DNA of 64,000 nucleotides, from NCBI GenBank assembly GCA_026025075.1, contig JAPEUI010000029.1:62001-126000 (forward strand), in the 5' to 3' direction. The position numbers and the translations under genes were made by a program. Origin of the DNA: Vezdaea acicularis (taxonomy: Eukaryota). Positions 35,141-48,431 of this stretch are shown piece after piece. A model generated the notes under the pieces. The model saw only the letters and a list, made by a program, of their open reading frames with translations. It was not told where the DNA came from and searched no databases. Position 1 is the first letter of the stretch, and every line of letters begins with the position of its first letter.

Positions 35141-38137
35141 TCACGTGTAGATGCTCTCAGTATAAGCGTTCACCTGCAAGCCCTTCTCTGCCATCTCGGC
35201 ATCCTTCAAGAACTCCAACGGGAACCAGACAAGATGCCCCTTTATCAAATCGAGCTTACTGCGCACGTCGGCAACAGGTATGAATTTGTCGTAAATGTGG
35301 CCTGCGGGTATCCCTTTTCTCGGTAAAAAGTCGTTATACTCATCGAAGGTTTTGACTATAAACATATACGTCAGCACTTCCCAGTACAAATATACAGAGG
35401 GGAAACTACCATTATCATCTGGATCCGCATGAAAGAGATGTCGGAAGATCTCTGTATTTGTCGTTGCACGCTCCGTCCACATCTTCCATACTTCATCGCT
35501 AAGGGGATCTGCCACAAATTCGTATTCCTTGTTTTCAGAAATATCGTTTGGTACATCTGGTGGCTGCGCGTTCGGGTCTTCTGTAGCATCCATACTCTGC
35601 ATAGGTAAGAGCCCAAGGTGCTCACGCCATAAGTATCTTCGAAGGGTCGCCGCGTGATAGCCAGCTTCAAATTCTTTCCCGTCCATCTTGGAGGTAATCT
35701 TGTTCTTATCTTCCATCACAATTGCCAGCTCACTATCGTGGTATCCTAATTGGGACTTTTTCTGAATCAGCATTGCAAAAGAGAAACTTAGAGATGTGAA
35801 CTTACCCGATCATTGATATTGGAACTACCGCATATCACAATGCGATCATCAACAATTATAACCTTTAAGCTGTTAGATTCAGTGATTTCTAAATGGTGTG
35901 ATCACATACCTTTGCATGGATATATAACTCTTCTTGAACGAAGTTCGTCTTTTCGCTTTCTGGATCCCCCTCCCATGGCTCTTCGGAAACTTTAGCCCCA
36001 CCGAGCATGGCGTCCTTGGCTATGCTGTCGGTGCTTGTTGCCTCTTCATGGAGCCCAGCATCCTCTCGTTTGTCTTCAAATTGCCTTTTCTGGTCCACTT
36101 GATGCTCCTGCTGCTCATTACCGCTGTTATCTTTGAGTTTTTTTGGTTTCTTTATTTTCTCATCGCCGCTTGAGTCATCATCATCGTGTAATCCGCTCCC
36201 CATTATCTCCTCAGCTTCTGCGCGCTGTACGTCGATATATTTGATCCCCGATATCTCTTCTTGCTTCTTCATAGCGGGTGTTAAGTTTATCCTGTCATAG
36301 GACCGAAGGTTGAATACAAATACATGATCTGTGGGGTTCACCCCTTGAGCAGAAATCTGCCCCATGATTGAGTGTTCTCCACGATTAATTGACTTGTACT
36401 GATAGTCCATGATTGCCCGTGTTCCCATAGCAGCGTCCTCTCTAAGATCACCGGCGAAACCTGGGATCGCAGGTATGACGATGATAACTTTGAACTTCCG
36501 GCCTTCTTTACCTGCACGAACGCAGGCATCAACAATAGCTTTGCCAATCTGGTTGTGGACTGGCGCTTGCTCTTCCCCAGTTGCTGTGATGAAAAATTGA
36601 TTTTCAATATAGACAAAATGCTCTGCCGACCGAATGACCTCGCAATAGGCATTTTGAATGCTATGCTCTACGAGTATACCGCTACTCCAGTCTGCACTGC
36701 TCCTTACAATCTGCGCATGGACCGATCCCTGATTTCCGCGAGCTTTGGTATTCATAGGACTCAAAGGGTGATGAATGTAATTTCCCACTGGATGCTTAGG
36801 ACGCTGTACAGCTATGAGATCCTCATTGTTCTGATCGAAACCCTCCATAGTCAACCAATCGAAGCGCGCATCGCGTTTGTACTTGTCGCGCTTTACAAAG
36901 TTCCACCTCTATGACATAGTGAGCTAATGAACTTATCCAGCATTGAACGCAACCTACCAGGACGAAGTGTTCAGCAATATCATAAACACAATCGCCGATC
37001 ACTCCCATGGCCACATCATGCCATGGCATACGGCCATATTCCGCCTTACTCAGTTCGTTAGACTTCCAGTCTTGTACACTTTGAAAGTCCATGACTCGAT
37101 TATTATTGAAGTCCTGACCAGGGAAAATCTCGTTCCGGACCCCGGAAGGAGCGACATCAGCCAAGGGATGCTGATGACTGTCCCATCGTCCAAAGCAGAG
37201 ATCAAGCCCTCCAATGAAAGCGACATTGTAGTCAATCACAATGAACTTCTCGTGATGTGCCCAGTAAAATGTCATATCCGCAGCGTTTTCAAAGACATTG
37301 TGATCTGGATGTCTCATAACTTTAATATTGCCATGTCCAGGGGTACCCTCCGGGCAAAGGTCGCGCAGCGCGTTCTTGGTATGGGCCGAATTGCAGGTCA
37401 AAGCACGATCAACTTCCTTGTAGACTATTATAAAAATCTTGACCCCGGCTTCTGCTCTCCGCTTAAGCACTTGGTCTAGTCTCCACTCCTGGTTATAGTA
37501 TGGTGGCCGCCTGAGAAAGAGTTCCGGAGAAAGCCACCAGTCGGCAATATAAATAGTTTCTTTCGCCTTTTCAAGAGCTACGGAGACAGCCTTGAAGAAA
37601 TCAGTATTAGGCACGGACCCTTTGCTCGGAGTTCGAGGCTCACCCAGAAGTAGTTACGCCCGTCCACGTACCACTTGATCTTGTTGCCCTCGCGCTCAGG
37701 GGCAAAAGATTCAAAACGATGGCTCTCCGCAACCTTTGTGCGCTTTTCATCGGTCTCTTTCTCATGCTGCTCGTCGTGGCCTAAAAATGGATCAGATTTG
37801 GCTCTTTGGCCAGGAGGGTCCGTACTAACGGTGATTCGGGTTGAAGATGTTTGCTAGCTTCCCTATGCCGTGCTAATCCGGGCCATCTCAGCATGGAAAG
37901 CATGCTGATGGTACATAATAACAGCTTTACCTTCTTCTGGATTGCTTGGACTTTCAAATCATATAGTTTTGTATCTACCAGTGTCAGCCGAAGGAAGCCG
38001 TAGTGGGGCAGCCCCTCCTTACCCTTGAGCTTCTCGCGAAGGTGGGGAAATGGATGCTTCAGTCTCGACTCTATCGTTCGATCTTTCCCATGAGAGTCGC
38101 CAGCAGGGTTACCAGGATCTGGATTGGAGCTACTCAT
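35141..38137 (-). CDS. Phospholipase D with two HKD motifs and no obvious PX/PH domains; multi-exon
   Basis: WYVDGRNYF, IYIADWWLSPELFLRRP, WAHHEKFIVID, GRMPWHDV, YIENQFFI, YIHAK|VIIVDDR...GSSNINDRSQLG..DSELA. Confidence 0.93.
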
Positions 38138-38411
38138 TTTGGGCTGCTTTCTCGTAGACGGAAGGAATGATCCACTGTACGGCTGCTTTGATCGGGGACT
38201 TAACCTTTAAGACTTGCTCTTCTGGGTCCAACCTTCAGGTAGCCTTCGTCACTGTGCATGGTCCGCCAAGGCCCCGGCTCTTAGCATTCTGCAGATCGGG
38301 CGCCCCGCAATCCAGCCCCACTGTAACAGGAGAGATCTCACAACCCTGTTTTCAGATCACGGAGCTAGAATAGAATCACTGCCCCAAAGCCCCCCGAATA
38401 GGCTTACTAAA

Positions 38412-39153
38412 ATGGCGTCTACAACACCATATCCGAAAGGAGGCACTTTCTTCGACACCCTCAAGAGGTCTTTTTGGGCTGTGCCTGTTGATGCGTCCAA
38501 TGGGAATGCCATTGCAACCTCAGAGTTTCTTGAGGCCGCGGAATCGCTCACAACCCTTTTCGGTGAGGCAGGACCGCTCGTCCTGACTCAAGCTGATAGC
38601 TGACGGTATTTGGAAGACGTGCTTGGCTCTGTAGCGTTCACACCAGTCAAGAGTGATATGACAGGAAATATCAAGGTGGGCAGTCTGGGAAGGGAAGGGG
38701 ACCAGGAGTATGGATGGCCGATGCTAAGCCTTATCTTAGAAAATCCGCGATCGCCAGCTTGCAGCTCCTCTAGACTCAGCAACTCTTCAATCTCTTGTCA
38801 TTAACGAACTGAAAACTAAGAAACATACTGCAACTGAAGGTCTTCTGTGGTTGACGCGTGGTCTGGATTTTACGGCCTCCGCTCTGGCCCAGAATGTTGC
38901 CGCTCCCAAGGACGAGCTCTCGACATCCTTCCGCAATGCATATGCGACCACACTGAAGCCTCATCATAGCTTCATGGTCAAGCCAATCTTCAGCGCGGCG
39001 ATGGGTGCTACCCCTTACCGGAAGGACTTCTATGAGAAGCTGGGAGATGACCCTGCAAAGGTTGACGCCGAATTGAAGAAGTGGCTAGGAGCTCTAGAGT
39101 CTCAGGTAACTATTTTGAAGTCGTTTATGGACAGCAAGGACGCCAAGTGGTAG
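38412..39153 (+). CDS. het-c2: Glycolipid transfer protein (HET-C2/GLTP), 3 exons
   Basis: TFFDTLKRSF, FLEAAESLTTLF|DVLGSVAFTPVKSDMTGNIK, ATEGLLWLTRGLDF, LKPHHSFMVKPIFSAAM..PYRKDFY. Confidence 0.92.
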
Positions 39154-39432
39154 AGATATCTCATGCGTTGCTCGAGCATTGCATTCTGCAGAGTAAGCCT
39201 TTGATGAAATGGAATGAGCAGCTACAGCCAATCATATTACTAAACTAGCCACAAAACATGATGCAAGTTCCAATGTTTCATAAAACCTCTATTGTCACGG
39301 AACATGCGCACATATTGCCTCCTTGTAGAAAGAAGAGCGCCGGCAATGACCCTCGCTGATGCATTTGACCTGTACAAGAACGCGGAACCAAGCTATACCT
39401 AATGCATAGGCACGCACGCACCAGCTTCTCTC

Positions 39433-42290
39433 TCAAGCTTCATCGGCCCTTTCCACTCGTCTAAGGAACTCTCTAACCCTAGCCTCGTCCATCTCTTCCC
39501 CCTTTTCGCTATCGATTGCCTTGATGAGCTTCTCCAGATGCCCTTCCACATGATCTTCCTGCACACCCGTACAAACACTAACGATTTTGCGGTAATTGGC
39601 CTCAAGCTCTAAGCTCTGGCCTTTGAGTCTTGCCACGTGATCGCGGAGATTAGCGTTGTTGTTTTCGTATGCAGTGGCGCGTGCTTTTAGGACAGAGATA
39701 GGTGGTAAAGCGTTGACCAATTCATACTCTTTTTGCGTTATCTGCTGATTACCCAAAGCCGGCAAGTTTTCTTCTCGGATCTCGTAGCCCCGATCTGCAT
39801 CCCCTACTGTGGCATGATATGGAGTCGAACTTTCACTATTCAAGCCATGCTGGGCGAGATTGAATCGCTGCTCTTCAGCTGCAACGCGTAGGTTAGAGAT
39901 TTTTCGTTTTATGACTGCACGTTCGGCCGCATCCCGTTTTAGAGCTTCAAGGCGTCGTCGTTCGTCTGCAAGGCGAGTAGCAGAATCGCGAAGCTCGGCG
40001 TGAGTTGCATCGATAAGATCCTGCTTTGCTCGAAGCTCAGCACGGAAGTCCTTCTCGGTCTGCGAAAGTAGAGCCGAGATTGCTTGTTTCCGTTAGTAAG
40101 AGTCAATTTCTGAAAGGTGAAGATTATTACATGTCATGATTTCTCGACTTGTTTCCCCAACTGCACGACCCACGGCTCCATCTTCAGCCGCTTCCTGAAT
40201 AGATATGGGGCGGAATTGACCACTAGGATCTGTCTCTCCTTCAACACCAATGCCAAAATCACTAGGCTTCAGTCCCGCTCGATTGGCTATAGTAGCATCA
40301 GCACGGACTTCGATCAGCTGCTGAATAATGCTTCGATTCCCAATCCTAGCAGCAATGTTCAGGGCAGTGTCACCCGACTTATCCCTGGCGTTGACAATTT
40401 CATGCATGAAACTTGCAAGCCCAATTGTTTTGACGGCCATCGGAGCAATATTAGACGAGAAAGAATTTTGCTGACTGCTGGGCGCACTCCCTTGACGCAC
40501 AACGAATTCCAATAAGGACTCTAGGTAGTACTTGCTGGCGGCGCTTCGACCTTTGACAGCAGAGGACACGGCAATATGGTGAAGGACAGTGCGACCACGC
40601 CCATCTCTCATCTCTATAGTCGGCCCGAGCATCTCCAGTAGCTCTGGAAAGCTGCCTTGGTCCAGATTATTTGTGACGACACAGGCCCTAATCAAGGCCG
40701 TCTCGCCACCCATGTTGACCCTGTAAATGCTCGCACCTCTCGCAATCAACATCTTCAAGAGCGGCAGCCGAGCGAGTGTAGCAGCCCAGTGGAGTGCAGT
40801 GTGCGCAGTGTTGTCAAGTGGAATATCCAAGTCATCACCACACAGGCGAGTAAGGGCGGGATGTCGAGAGAAGTCGGTTTGAGAAGGGTCAAGGAACAGT
40901 GAGGTCAATAGTCGTTGCTTCTCCAAAGCTTGCTGGGTTCTAGGTTGAGGCATTGGTTGGAGAGCCATTGCAGAGCTGTCCTGTGGACTGTTATCCTGGT
41001 GCTGGCGGTAAATGAAGGAATCATTAGGCTCAGTTGGAGTGCCTTCTCTCATAGATAGATCGTAGATACCCTCGTGCGTTGACATTTGAAAGTCTTGTTG
41101 TGCTGATGAACGCATCCTCTTGAGTGGAGGCTCTTGGGCGTCTCCATTTCTTGTGTCCATGAGCCCGTTGAGGTAGACTCCATTTTGGGTTCCATACGAG
41201 GGGTCAACCTGTCCACTCATGCCATAGCTACTCTCCGAAGCGAGGCTGTGCATACTCTGCTGGCTACCTCCAGGGAATGCCGACTCTTGACTTCCCAGGT
41301 TCTGTTGAGAAGATTTTCGAGCGCTGTTCGGATGGCGATGCCCGCTTCCAGGTCTTGGAGCAGGAGAGTCAAATCTTGCTTTGCTAATTGCCGCAACGGC
41401 GTTCGAAGCTGTGGCCGATATGTTCTTGAAGAAAGTGCCATTTGGAGACTGGCCGTTCGGTCTTTGGTTTTCCACGCCTGCATTGTATAGACGTTTCCTT
41501 TGAGCAGCCATAGCTTGCTCCTTGGTAGGTGTTTCTACGCCGCCCGCACCAGCTAGGCTTGTGCCGTCTTGACCCATATCATGCTCAAGGAGTGGTCGGA
41601 GGAGCTCTTCTACGCCATATTGACGGCAGAACTCAACACCTCTGTTGTAATTTATCCATGTGCCCTGGTATTTGCCATAACCACCTTGAACCTTCTCGTG
41701 TTCGCCAGTCAGAATTTCCTTTTCAAGAACCTTCGTTCTCTTGCCCTTTTCTATTCCGGCTACCTTCAAGATCTGAGTGGCATTGAGCCATGAATCAGAG
41801 CGGCGACGCATAACTGCCACACGGTTCACTTCCATCTCATACACTGGCACACCCGAGTAGATAGCCTGTAGCATTAGAAAATACATCAGCCTCGCCATTT
41901 TTCATGATAAGGTCTAATTCAAGAGCAGTACTCCACATGAAAATCAAGGTACCAATCCTATGGAAGCAAACTTACTGTGTAAATTTGTGGTCTTGCCGCA
42001 GAGGGTGAGGAATGGCCGTTGACATGATTGAACCCATTGAATGAGTTCTGTTGCATCATCGTTCCGTTCGATGACCCTCCGGTCTGACCGAAATATGACA
42101 TCTGCGGGCGTGATACTTTTGAAGGAGGTGTAGACAGTATCTGCGACGAGACAGGCGTTGCACTGGAGCCGAATGAGGCCGATGGCCCAGTCGACTGAAA
42201 CTGGAAACCGGCGCTCGATGAAGAAGTGCTATTACGAGAGAATGAAGGGATAGGATGTGTTAGGGAACCGACTTGTATGGTCGAGGCCAT
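39433..42290 (-). CDS. SWI6: APSES/KilA-N and ankyrin cell-cycle transcription factor (Swi6/Cdc10-like MBF/SBF subunit), 3 exons
   Basis: IYT|AIYSGVPVYEM...WLNATQILKVAG...EKVQGGYGKYQGTWI, ankyrin motifs HTALHWAA, GETAL, GDTALNIAARIG, C-terminal coiled coil with YRKIVSVCT. Swi6 versus Mbp1 assignment is by recalled pattern. Confidence 0.85.
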
Positions 42291-43054
42291 ACAGGGCTGT
42301 CGCTGAAGAGCCGCGAGTTTTGCAGATGGGTGCCGCGGATTGCGGGAGCGTCGCTCACAATTGAGGTGTCGAAATGAGATGAGAATGTGCGTCGGCTCGT
42401 GGCGCGACGCTTGGGTGAAGCGGAGAACGCGAGGACGTAATTATGGGCGTTCTTCTATTCGAACTTTGACTCACGACAATCTCTTGAATTGTGGGCCATG
42501 GAGCGGGCGAACGTTGGGTCTGCAGGTATCACTCGCCGAGGGAGACGTGTCGCAGGTGTCGCGTTGCCCGAAAGTGGTAGGATGAGTGGTTCGATAAGTG
42601 GGCCACCCGTGGAAGCAAGGTGATGGAGGCAGCGGGCACGCCGTGTGGAGAGGGACGCGACCACCTTGCATATGTTAGGCGCGAAGCCCCACGGCGCTTT
42701 CTCACAAGACAGGGAGCACTCTTCATGACATGTTGAAGCTCATGCGATAGGTTCAATGATCCCAATAGGTGGTGATCGAGCTTTGCTACAAATTTGCGGC
42801 TCTCTGAACACGTTAGAAGACTTCTGTTATGTTCCCATGGCCTCGCGACGTTGACTTTTCCCCGCAGCGCGACGTGATTTGTGTGGTCTCGCGTAAAGGA
42901 GAGGATGTGGCGGTGTTACGCCTCTCACTGTGGCTGTTGGGGCGTGGGCGAACCACTACACACTTTTCTGCTCCACGGATGAAACGTTTTTAAGGTCTTT
43001 GCATGAGCCCAAAGAACTCCCCTTTGGTGCTTACCGTACTGCTTTGAAACTCTC

Positions 43055-44107
43055 ATGAAGGTGTCCAGTAGGAACATTACCCTTCCCAGCCACCTTGCCA
43101 CGAAGTCTATCAATGGTAACCCGATTCATCTATATAGAGCACTGCTGCGACAATGCACATATCTACCAGACTCTTTCGCGCGAGATTGGTGCTCGCGCCA
43201 CTTGAGGAAACGGTTTAGGGATTATCACCCTCCCCCGGCACATGGCAAATGGCATAACAACTATCCCCCAAGTCCGGAGAGACTACAAAAGCTACTCCAT
43301 GACGCCCGACGATGGGTTAGAAGGCTCGAACATGCCAATGCTGGCTGTATCAAGCCGTTGATGGACGTGCTCTTGCTAGCATATGGAAGAAAGGGCCCAA
43401 GACGGCATGAGTTCCTCCGCCAGCTTCGGAAGCCTAATATACCGTCTAGCAGTGCAGAGACGGAGGCGCTCCGTGATAATCTCAACTCGCTGAAGGGGGA
43501 AGCTGCGCCATCTGCAGTCTCAGTCCTGGTAAAGAGTCAGCACAAACGCCAGAATATGGCAACGGATCGAAGTCCGATCAAGTCCTTGAAACCCAAGATT
43601 CCAGAGACGAACGCTTGGGGCCGCCCTTTACCCCGAGTACGGTATAAAAACCAAGTTCGAAAGCATGAGAAAATGCTCCTAGATCGCATTCTTCCCCCTC
43701 TACCCGAGCATGAATGGACCCGGTTGCAAGCTCTAGCCTGGGGCATAGAGGCAGATACCAAGCCGGTAGGGAAAAGATCGAATAGCTCAGGATCAATTGC
43801 GGAGAGGCTGCCCACAGGAGGCGGGCGCACCAGGCCATCTGTATCTGATGAGCGGCCACATAGAATTACGGCAAGATTCATGAGGAGACTTTGGGGCAAA
43901 GTGCTTGTACAATGTCCTTTGATGAAGTTTGACTTTAATACTCGGAGATGGACCTTGACATGGTCTCCTGCTCATAGCCCAGCAAAAGACCGCCAAATAA
44001 AAACTAAGAAGGAAACGGCCCTAGGAAGCTCGGGGATCACCAATTGCAATTTGGCACTTTTCAGCGGTGTAGATCAACGTGGACGCTTGGTGGCAACCAA
44101 CACCTGA
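43055..44107 (+). CDS. LYR-motif protein, probably mitochondrial
   Basis: 350-aa ORF with HLYRALLRQCTYLPD, LLLAYGRKGPRRHE, IPETNAWGRPLP..R..N, ILPPLPEHEW, HRITARFMRRLW. Confidence 0.8.
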   Translation: MKVSSRNITLPSHLATKSINGNPIHLYRALLRQCTYLPDSFARDWCSRHLRKRFRDYHPPPAHGKWHNNYPPSPERLQKLLHDARRWVRRLEHANAGCIKPLMDVLLLAYGRKGPRRHEFLRQLRKPNIPSSSAETEALRDNLNSLKGEAAPSAVSVLVKSQHKRQNMATDRSPIKSLKPKIPETNAWGRPLPRVRYKNQVRKHEKMLLDRILPPLPEHEWTRLQALAWGIEADTKPVGKRSNSSGSIAERLPTGGGRTRPSVSDERPHRITARFMRRLWGKVLVQCPLMKFDFNTRRWTLTWSPAHSPAKDRQIKTKKETALGSSGITNCNLALFSGVDQRGRLVATNT

Positions 44108-44186
44108 TCTATGTACGCTCTCTAAAGCATGGATACACGAATGTGACGTTCAGCCGGATTCAAGAGAGCCTGCGCCTTTTCTGATA

Positions 44187-45227
44187 TCAGTTACGCCCTG
44201 AGTAAGAAGACATTGTGTCCCATTCACCGCCCAGCTGCGACTCGGATTCGCTCATGACGCTCCAGCCGTCTGCCTCGGCCTCCCGTCTCGCCCGCTCGCG
44301 GTATTCGGCTTCTGCCGCACTGATGAGGTACTCCGCATTATCCCTTCGCCTCCAGACGAGTGCGTCTTCAATGTATTCCTCATCGTCTTCCCCATTATTC
44401 CCTTCATCATCCATCTTGCTCCCACGGCTGGGTGCAGGCATTACAAAGTTCTTCACCCTCCGGTTGCTGTGGTTGATCCGAGCGTTTTCTTGGCCTTCAA
44501 TTTTCTCAAGTCGTCGTCTCTGATGTGCGTATTCGCTCTTTGCCCAGGGGTTCCTCTCAAGAGCATTTTGTCGTGCATTGTTATAGACCTCTCTTTTCGT
44601 AAGAGGAGCTGCCGGCTGTGCACCCGGATAATCAGGGCTTGTGCTAAATGGGTTTCGGCCATCTGAATACAGCGATGCCTGGTATTGAGGTTGTTCGATT
44701 CCGTTTGAATTCATGCCTGGGTAGCTTTGGTATGTGTGGTGGTACTTCTCGTTACTAGCGGCATAGCGCTTCCTGTCTACAGCTTGCGATCGGAGGTCTC
44801 CATAGTCGCGATTAGCGTCGGTCCAGGCAGCTTCTCGCTCTCGAAGAGCCTCTCGCCCGGCCCTGCGGCCGTGGGCGCTGAAGCGGTTCTGGAAATATCT
44901 ATCTTCCTCCATTCTGTCTTTAATACCAGAATCAGGCCAACCGCGGAATCGATTCTTCTCACTGAAGTGTCTTTCTGGTGGTCTTGGATAGCCAAACGAG
45001 TTCTCAAAGAGGTCTTTCTTCGTCCAAACCTTGAATTTGGTCGCCTCGGAAAGATTGTTCGAGGAGTCGAATTGACCAAATGAGTCGTCAATCGCTTGGT
45101 GGTGCTTTTGACCTAATTGGCCGGGATGGACTGCTAAAAAGTATCCGTATTTCTGTTGTCGTCTGTCGTATCGAAGCTGATCCTGAGATGGGGTGCGGAA
45201 GTCTTTGTATTCATCGGAGCTCTCCAT
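44187..45227 (-). CDS. Hypothetical hydrophilic protein (346 aa)
   Basis: Long intronless ATG-started ORF, charged and disordered composition, no recognised domain. Confidence 0.6.
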   Translation of the reverse strand: MESSDEYKDFRTPSQDQLRYDRRQQKYGYFLAVHPGQLGQKHHQAIDDSFGQFDSSNNLSEATKFKVWTKKDLFENSFGYPRPPERHFSEKNRFRGWPDSGIKDRMEEDRYFQNRFSAHGRRAGREALREREAAWTDANRDYGDLRSQAVDRKRYAASNEKYHHTYQSYPGMNSNGIEQPQYQASLYSDGRNPFSTSPDYPGAQPAAPLTKREVYNNARQNALERNPWAKSEYAHQRRRLEKIEGQENARINHSNRRVKNFVMPAPSRGSKMDDEGNNGEDDEEYIEDALVWRRRDNAEYLISAAEAEYRERARREAEADGWSVMSESESQLGGEWDTMSSYSGRN

Positions 45228-46427
45228 GACTCAGTACGGTCAAGGGTGATAACTATCATGAAATGAGGCTGAGTCACTGGTAACTTTAGCGTAAGGCGTA
45301 TTTCGGCTGGAGGCCACCGCAAGATATGAGAGTCCCGAACGGGAGCTTAGCAGGTGGAGAGCTTGCAGAGCTTCTCCTGAATTTTGCGGTCATGGAGTTG
45401 ACTTTATAAGCTCACTCAGTCGTCAGGCGTTCTATAGCTTAGGCTCCAATAGTGAACCGCCCCAAAAACCTGAAGCTTGGTCACCAGTAATCCGAGCAGC
45501 GTAAGGCTTTCACAGCATGACGCATTGAAGCTGCTGGAGAAGCTCTCCGATGTGGGTGAGCACATCCGCTAAAGCGCTCGTCCTCGTGAATTCCATAACA
45601 GATGCTCTCTCTAGAAAGTTGAGTCACTCTAGGTGACGCCCCCCTGCCCCCATTCGCCAATTGCGAAAGCGAGACTGCACCAGGCGCACAGCGCATTCTC
45701 GTATTAGGTTGCGGACCCCGTCAGCCTGGAAGCTTAATTTCTCACATCTGATCTTTTCCTCATGCTGCCTTGTTCTTCAGTGGGCTCTGATCCGGCAATT
45801 GGCAGAATAAGTCGATGGAAGGTGGTGAAACCCTATCGAAGCTCGGATGCTTAAGCGAACTTTGGAGGGCGGTGCGTGCGGGCATCAAGCCACGATACGG
45901 CGTGCTGCATTTGCTGAATCAGTTCACTCAATCGGGAGAACAGGGAAAAATGAACAGATTTCGAGCGTTCAGTTAAGCCTAGATTCTGCAAGATCCGGAA
46001 ACTTCACTTTCGCAAGGCACAATCGATGGAGAGATCCTACCTTGAAGGTTGGAGAGACTTGATCAGATCCAATGGCCAACAAAGTTCACTCATTCCCCAA
46101 TGGACCGGGTAATTGATAGGGCGATCGCAGCCACGCTGGCGTTGTGCTAATGCAGGGAAGTCGCCATGCAGCCCCGCAGAAACTTCGATCTTGGTGGCGG
46201 AAAGAACCGATGGTGGCCGAGGGGCGTTCTCTACGAAGTCTTGATGAAAGCGAAAAGACGTAATTAGTCTGCAGTCAAAGAGCTGTCTTTTCGTAGCCAT
46301 CCCAGTACTCAATCACGTACAATACCTTTGTAAAAGGGTTTGTTTTAGAAGCAAAGCCGGCACAAACGCGACAAAAAGCAGGCTGGCTTTCCGGCCTTCA
46401 TTCCCTATATCTTATCTACGCAGCACT

Positions 46428-47146
46428 ATGGTCCTTCAAGAATGCACCGTCCGGCACGCCGAGGAAACAGGTGAGAGATACCCTATCCCCACACCGAGCC
46501 TCCCACCACATACTCATCCAGGTGCAAATAGATGTCGGGACAATCCTCGCTCTGATCAAAGAACTCGCCCTCTACGAAAAAGAGCCCCATGCCGTCGAAG
46601 CCACCGAGCAATCCCTCCTCCAAACTCTTTCCTTCGCCCTACCCTCCCATCCCGCCGCCAGCCAGCTCTCCTCGAGCAAGACACTAGAAGCGCATACAGC
46701 CTGGTCGCACGGCTACGCGCGCACGCTCTTACTCGAGGTGGAGGAGGAGGGAAAGGTGGAAGTCGCGGGGATGGCGCTGTATTTCTTCAACTACAGCACC
46801 TGGCGCGGACGACAGGGGATCTATCTGGAGGATCTGTTCGTGCGGGAGAAGTTCCGTAGGAGGGGGTATGGGGTTCGCTTGTTTAAGGAACTAGCGGGGA
46901 TTGTGAAGAGGATGGAGGGGGGGAGGCTGGATTGGAGCGTGTTGAAGTGGAATGAGCCAAGTATCAAGTTCTAGTGAGTAAATTGTTCATGGATGGTCCG
47001 CTGGATAAGGAGGCTGACGAATCCCCTTTAGCGAGAGCTTAGGCGCAAAAGCGCAGACGGAGTGGATGACCATGCGGCTCGAAGGGGCTGATCTCGACAA
47101 GCTTGCAGAGACGGGTAACGTCACGGAAGGAAGGAAAGAGGCATAG
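46428..47146 (+). CDS. GNAT N-acetyltransferase (spermidine/diamine acetyltransferase-like), 3 exons
   Basis: VRHAEET|DVGTILALIKELALYEK, YFFNYSTWRGRQGIYLEDLFV...RRRGYG, LDWSVLKWNEPSIKF|YESLGA. Confidence 0.92.
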
Positions 47147-47455
47147 AGTGCCAAAGCAATGAAGGTTTTAAGCCATCAAGAGTGTTCTACTATTATTCTC
47201 GCAGTACATATGTTTACGCTGAACAGAGAAAGCCTCCGAATAGTTAATCAACTTAGCAGCAGGTATGGTAGGGCAATCGCCGCCTCTTAATACATTTAGC
47301 AAAATCCTCCTTCTCTATCATTGCGTTAAGGTTGAACTCTAGTCTAACACTGCTTCCTTCATAAAGGCCCAATTCGAATCTTCAAGTCTTTTAGAGTGTG
47401 TATATTGCAAGAGCTCCTTTCCCCCCCTTGAAAACTCCGACCACACGCCATTCCC

Positions 47456-48431
47456 CTAATCTAGCTGCATGCTGTCATCCGCCATATCTTTGCGGCTTCG
47501 CGGCTTCACCTGGCTTGGATGCTCAACATTAAAAAGAACCATGACCGCCAACATCAGTACGGAATCGAAGAGATACAGGAAGACCTCGTGTGTTAAGATG
47601 TTACCCCTATTTCCTTGGATATATTCGATGATCCTGACCACGGAACGGACCATGATAAGCGCGCTTGCTACGTAGAGGACAATGAGCCGCCTTCGCCAGG
47701 GTGCGTTGGGGTCTAAGGATTTGTTCGTCGGAGCCTTTCGAAGGCGGATATGAAAGACGACCGCGACGAGTACGAATAGGCCGAAGAAGATGACCTGCAG
47801 GAATAACCCGAGGAGGATCAAGCGCTGCCCGTTGGTAGCGGCTTTTGCGGTGCCACCAGCCAAAACGCCTCCGCCTATACAAATTTTCAGTAAGGCGGAA
47901 AGTGCAATGCAGGAGTACGGCCTTACCAGCAGCCTGGACTAGAAACGATAGAACGTCCCCACAGACAAACACTTTCGTTAGCCATTTCTTACGGATCAGC
48001 GAGACGCTTTCACCATCCACTGATAGAATGATGTGGCCGAGGCTCATGTATATGGTAGCGGCGAACAGTGCAGGAGCGACTAGGAGGAGAACGATCTGAA
48101 TGATGAAGGGGCCCAGCGTCCAATCCGGTGTCTCTTTAGATCCTATTGCTCGTCCAACATATCCTACGCTCTCAACTTGGAGAGCGTTAGCTTTCGAGAA
48201 CACTTGATGAACTGCTTCATTGGACCACTTACACACGCCTCCAATTGCTAGGGGAATAAAGTACCAAATTCGCCTTCTGATGAGTTGGAAGACATGGCCT
48301 CCCGTGGTGAGGGAAAAGAGAATGATGAATATGATAGCGGCTGGGAGAGACGGCTTGTACCGGTATTTCGAATGAGGAGCATTGATGACGGTATTGAAGT
48401 CTGTGTGATCGAGAGTGTGATTCTGATCCAT
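47456..48431 (-). CDS. RTA1-like 7-TM protein (lipid-translocating exporter family), 3 exons
   Basis: YRYKPSLPAAIIF, ESVGYVGR, LLLVAPALFAATIYMSLG, TKVFVCGDVLSFLVQAAG, RSVVRIIEY.QG, EVFLYLFDSVLM...HP. Confidence 0.92.
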
